Shown in pieces: positions 62,440 through 64,000 of a stretch of 64,000 nt of DNA (the stretch's first letter is position 1; each line of letters opens with the position of its first letter). Location of the stretch: assembly GCA_041446545.1 (NCBI GenBank), contig JBGOEJ010000004.1:59181-123180 (forward strand), given 5' to 3'. Under the pieces are notes generated by a model. That model was not told the DNA's origin, searched no databases, and saw only the letters and a program-made list of their open reading frames with translations. The position numbers and the translations under genes were made by a program. The stretch is from Candidatus Fervidibacter canadensis. GTDB taxonomy: Bacteria; Armatimonadota; Fervidibacteria; Fervidibacterales; Fervidibacteraceae.

Positions 62440-63712
62440 GAACCTTCGCCTCCTTCACACGCACGCCGCTTTGCGGGTTACGGAAGAGCGGCACCAAAAC
62501 GATGGGAGCGAGGAAAGTGGTGACGAAGGTCATCATGATGGCGACACCAAACTCTGCTTCGTTGATGGCTTTGTAAGCCAATCCCATCCCTGCCACGATT
62601 AACCCCACTTCCCCACGCGGCATCATCCCCAAGCCGATGCGCGCCGCACCGAGGGTGTTGAAACCAACCGTCAAAGCGGGCAACCCGCACCCGAAAACTT
62701 TCCCGACGATGCCTGCCACCGAGAGCGCCGCACCGAACCCCAAAGCGGGCAGCATCGCCGAGAAATTCACCAACATCCCCATCGCCACAAAGAAGATGGG
62801 CACTAAGCCGTGAAGGAGCGGGCGAAGGGCATGCTCCAAATCTTCCCGCAACTCTGTCCGTGAAAGAGCCAAACCAAGGGCATATGCCCCCACGATCATC
62901 GCTAACTTGCCGACACTCTCCGTCAGCGATGCAATCAAGAAACACAAAGCCAACGCCAAGGCGATGAAGGCACCCTCGCTTTTTAACGACCGCAGAAACT
63001 TCGCCAGCGTCGGCGCAAGGGCAGTCAGCAAGCAAGTTAGCACCAACCAGAACCCAAAGGCTTTCGCGGCGATGCCGAGAAGTTGCCTCGCATCCACTTG
63101 CCCGACCTGAACGATGTTGGTCACAACGGCTAAGACGATGATGCCCAGCACATCGTCAATGACGGCAGCCGCCAACACTGTCACGCCCTCAGGTGTCCCC
63201 AAGCGCCCTAACTCCGAAAGCACCCGCGCCGTGATGCCCACAGAAGTTGCCGTCATCACCGCTCCCATAAAAAGTGCCGACGGATGCATCAAGTTGTCGG
63301 CAAAACCGAACATCACCGTCAAAACGACGCCGAAAAGGAACGGAAAAATGACGCCCCCCATCGCCACGACAAAGGCGGGAATACCAAACCGCAAAAACAG
63401 GCGGAAATCTGTCTCCAATCCCGCCCCAAAGAGCAAGAGCACTGCCGCCAGTTGCGCTACACCCCAAAGTTCGGGCGACAACGGGATGCTTCCGACATGC
63501 CCATGCGGGATGGCGAAAAGAGGCTCTTGCGTCCCCGGCAATCGGATGAGATGACCGAGGGCATAAGGACCGATAAGCATCCCGCCGATAAGTTCGCCCA
63601 AAACTGCCGATTGCTTCAGGTAGCGCTCAAATAACTCACCAAACAGTTTGGCGACGAGCAAGATGACACCGAGTTGGGCAAGCAAATGCGCCGCCCGTTC
63701 CACCAACTCCAT
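62432..63712 (-). CDS. Cation:proton antiporter (CPA2/Kef-NapA type Na+/H+ exchanger family)
   Basis: About 12 TM segments. N-terminal LGVILLVAKLFGELFERYLKQSAVLGELIGGMLIGPY is typical of the family. SD GAAGGAGGG precedes ATG 63712 (ORF-track start 63832 rejected). Confidence 0.85.
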   Translation of the reverse strand: MELVERAAHLLAQLGVILLVAKLFGELFERYLKQSAVLGELIGGMLIGPYALGHLIRLPGTQEPLFAIPHGHVGSIPLSPELWGVAQLAAVLLLFGAGLETDFRLFLRFGIPAFVVAMGGVIFPFLFGVVLTVMFGFADNLMHPSALFMGAVMTATSVGITARVLSELGRLGTPEGVTVLAAAVIDDVLGIIVLAVVTNIVQVGQVDARQLLGIAAKAFGFWLVLTCLLTALAPTLAKFLRSLKSEGAFIALALALCFLIASLTESVGKLAMIVGAYALGLALSRTELREDLEHALRPLLHGLVPIFFVAMGMLVNFSAMLPALGFGAALSVAGIVGKVFGCGLPALTVGFNTLGAARIGLGMMPRGEVGLIVAGMGLAYKAINEAEFGVAIMMTFVTTFLAPIVLVPLFRNPQSGVRVKEAKVHG

Positions 63713-63834
63713 TGACAACCCTCCTTCAGGGCAAAATTTGGCGCGCCTTGATTTTGAACGGCAGCGACAGAAGAAAAAGCGATGCGCTAACCTTTCAGCG
63801 ACGACCGCCACTGGTGAAAGGTAGGTGACCACCC

Positions 63835-64000
63835 ATGACCAAACGCATCCGAGCCGTTTACCGCGATGGCGCCCTTCATCCCGCTGAACCCTTGGATTTG
63901 CCCGATGGGACGGTTGTCTGGTTGGACATCACCCCCTTGACACCCGAAGAGCGGCTGGAGGAAGCCACCCGCCTTTACGAAGGGCTGAGCGACGAAGAGG
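63835..64000 (+). CDS. DUF104-type (AF2212-like) antitoxin-family protein, 3' end beyond the window
   Basis: MTKRIRAVYRDGALHPAEPLDLPDGTVVWLDI matches the DUF104 'YENGVLKPLEPLDLPEG' pattern. ORF runs off the window edge. Confidence 0.55.
   Translation, partial: MTKRIRAVYRDGALHPAEPLDLPDGTVVWLDITPLTPEERLEEATRLYEGLSDEE

Noticed and set aside
1-64000. tRNA, rRNA, tmRNA, transposase, integrase, reverse transcriptase, prophage genes
   Set aside because: No T-loop-like GGTTCGAATCC-type elements and no recognisable mobile-element enzymes apart from the intein homing endonuclease were seen. The by-eye scan is not exhaustive.

Overview
Gene-dense, GC-rich bacterial chromosomal window with about 60 protein genes. 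I recognised no rRNA, tRNA, CRISPR array, transposase or integrase by eye. Genes have strong GGAGG-type ribosome-binding sites and many start/stop overlaps. The organism is evidently diderm (LpxA, a secretin, small beta-barrel OMPs ending in Phe) and encodes futalosine-type menaquinone genes. Taxonomy cannot be assigned from this sequence alone; a thermophilic Armatimonadota/Chloroflexota-like lineage is only a guess.

Layout:
- 1-7.5 kb (accessory part): the 3' end of a type III-B CRISPR-Cas effector operon (cmr4-cmr5-cmr6); a CARF(DxTHG)-HEPN Csx1 effector with a C-terminal Csx3/Crn3-like ring-nuclease domain; a single-chain nucleotidyltransferase-HEPN protein; and a SpoVR-family gene interrupted in frame by a 400-codon LAGLIDADG intein.
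- 7.5-17 kb: glycan/sugar-acid utilisation cluster (GH95, ManD-type dehydratase, FGGY pentulose kinase, Zwf, GH140-like, DUF1080).
- 17-44.6 kb: mostly housekeeping and envelope genes (UPF0182, nucleoside hydrolase, M20 peptidase, RidA, Ski2-like helicase, glycogen debranching enzyme, gltX, purA, ECF sigma/anti-sigma, GT2, UbiA-type prenyltransferase, Mqn radical-SAM enzyme). A small cluster of unknown function (small protein, alpha-solenoid repeat protein, second NTase-HEPN-like protein) is coupled to gltX.
- 44.6-60.6 kb: a Tad/Flp-type pilus locus split into two halves (cpaF-tadB-tadC-DUF192 ... cpaA-cpaB-cpaC-cpaE) by lpxA, an amidase, GerMN and the inverted radA/PIN-TRAM/ispD block. No pilin gene was seen.
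- Right edge: a CPA2 antiporter and a truncated DUF104-type antitoxin gene.

Most interesting observations: the Csx1-Csx3 fusion effector, the intein at the NEGWA|SFWH motif of SpoVR, and the tandem duplication of the whole N-terminal module of the CpaF ATPase. All family assignments come from motif recognition by eye; no searches were run.
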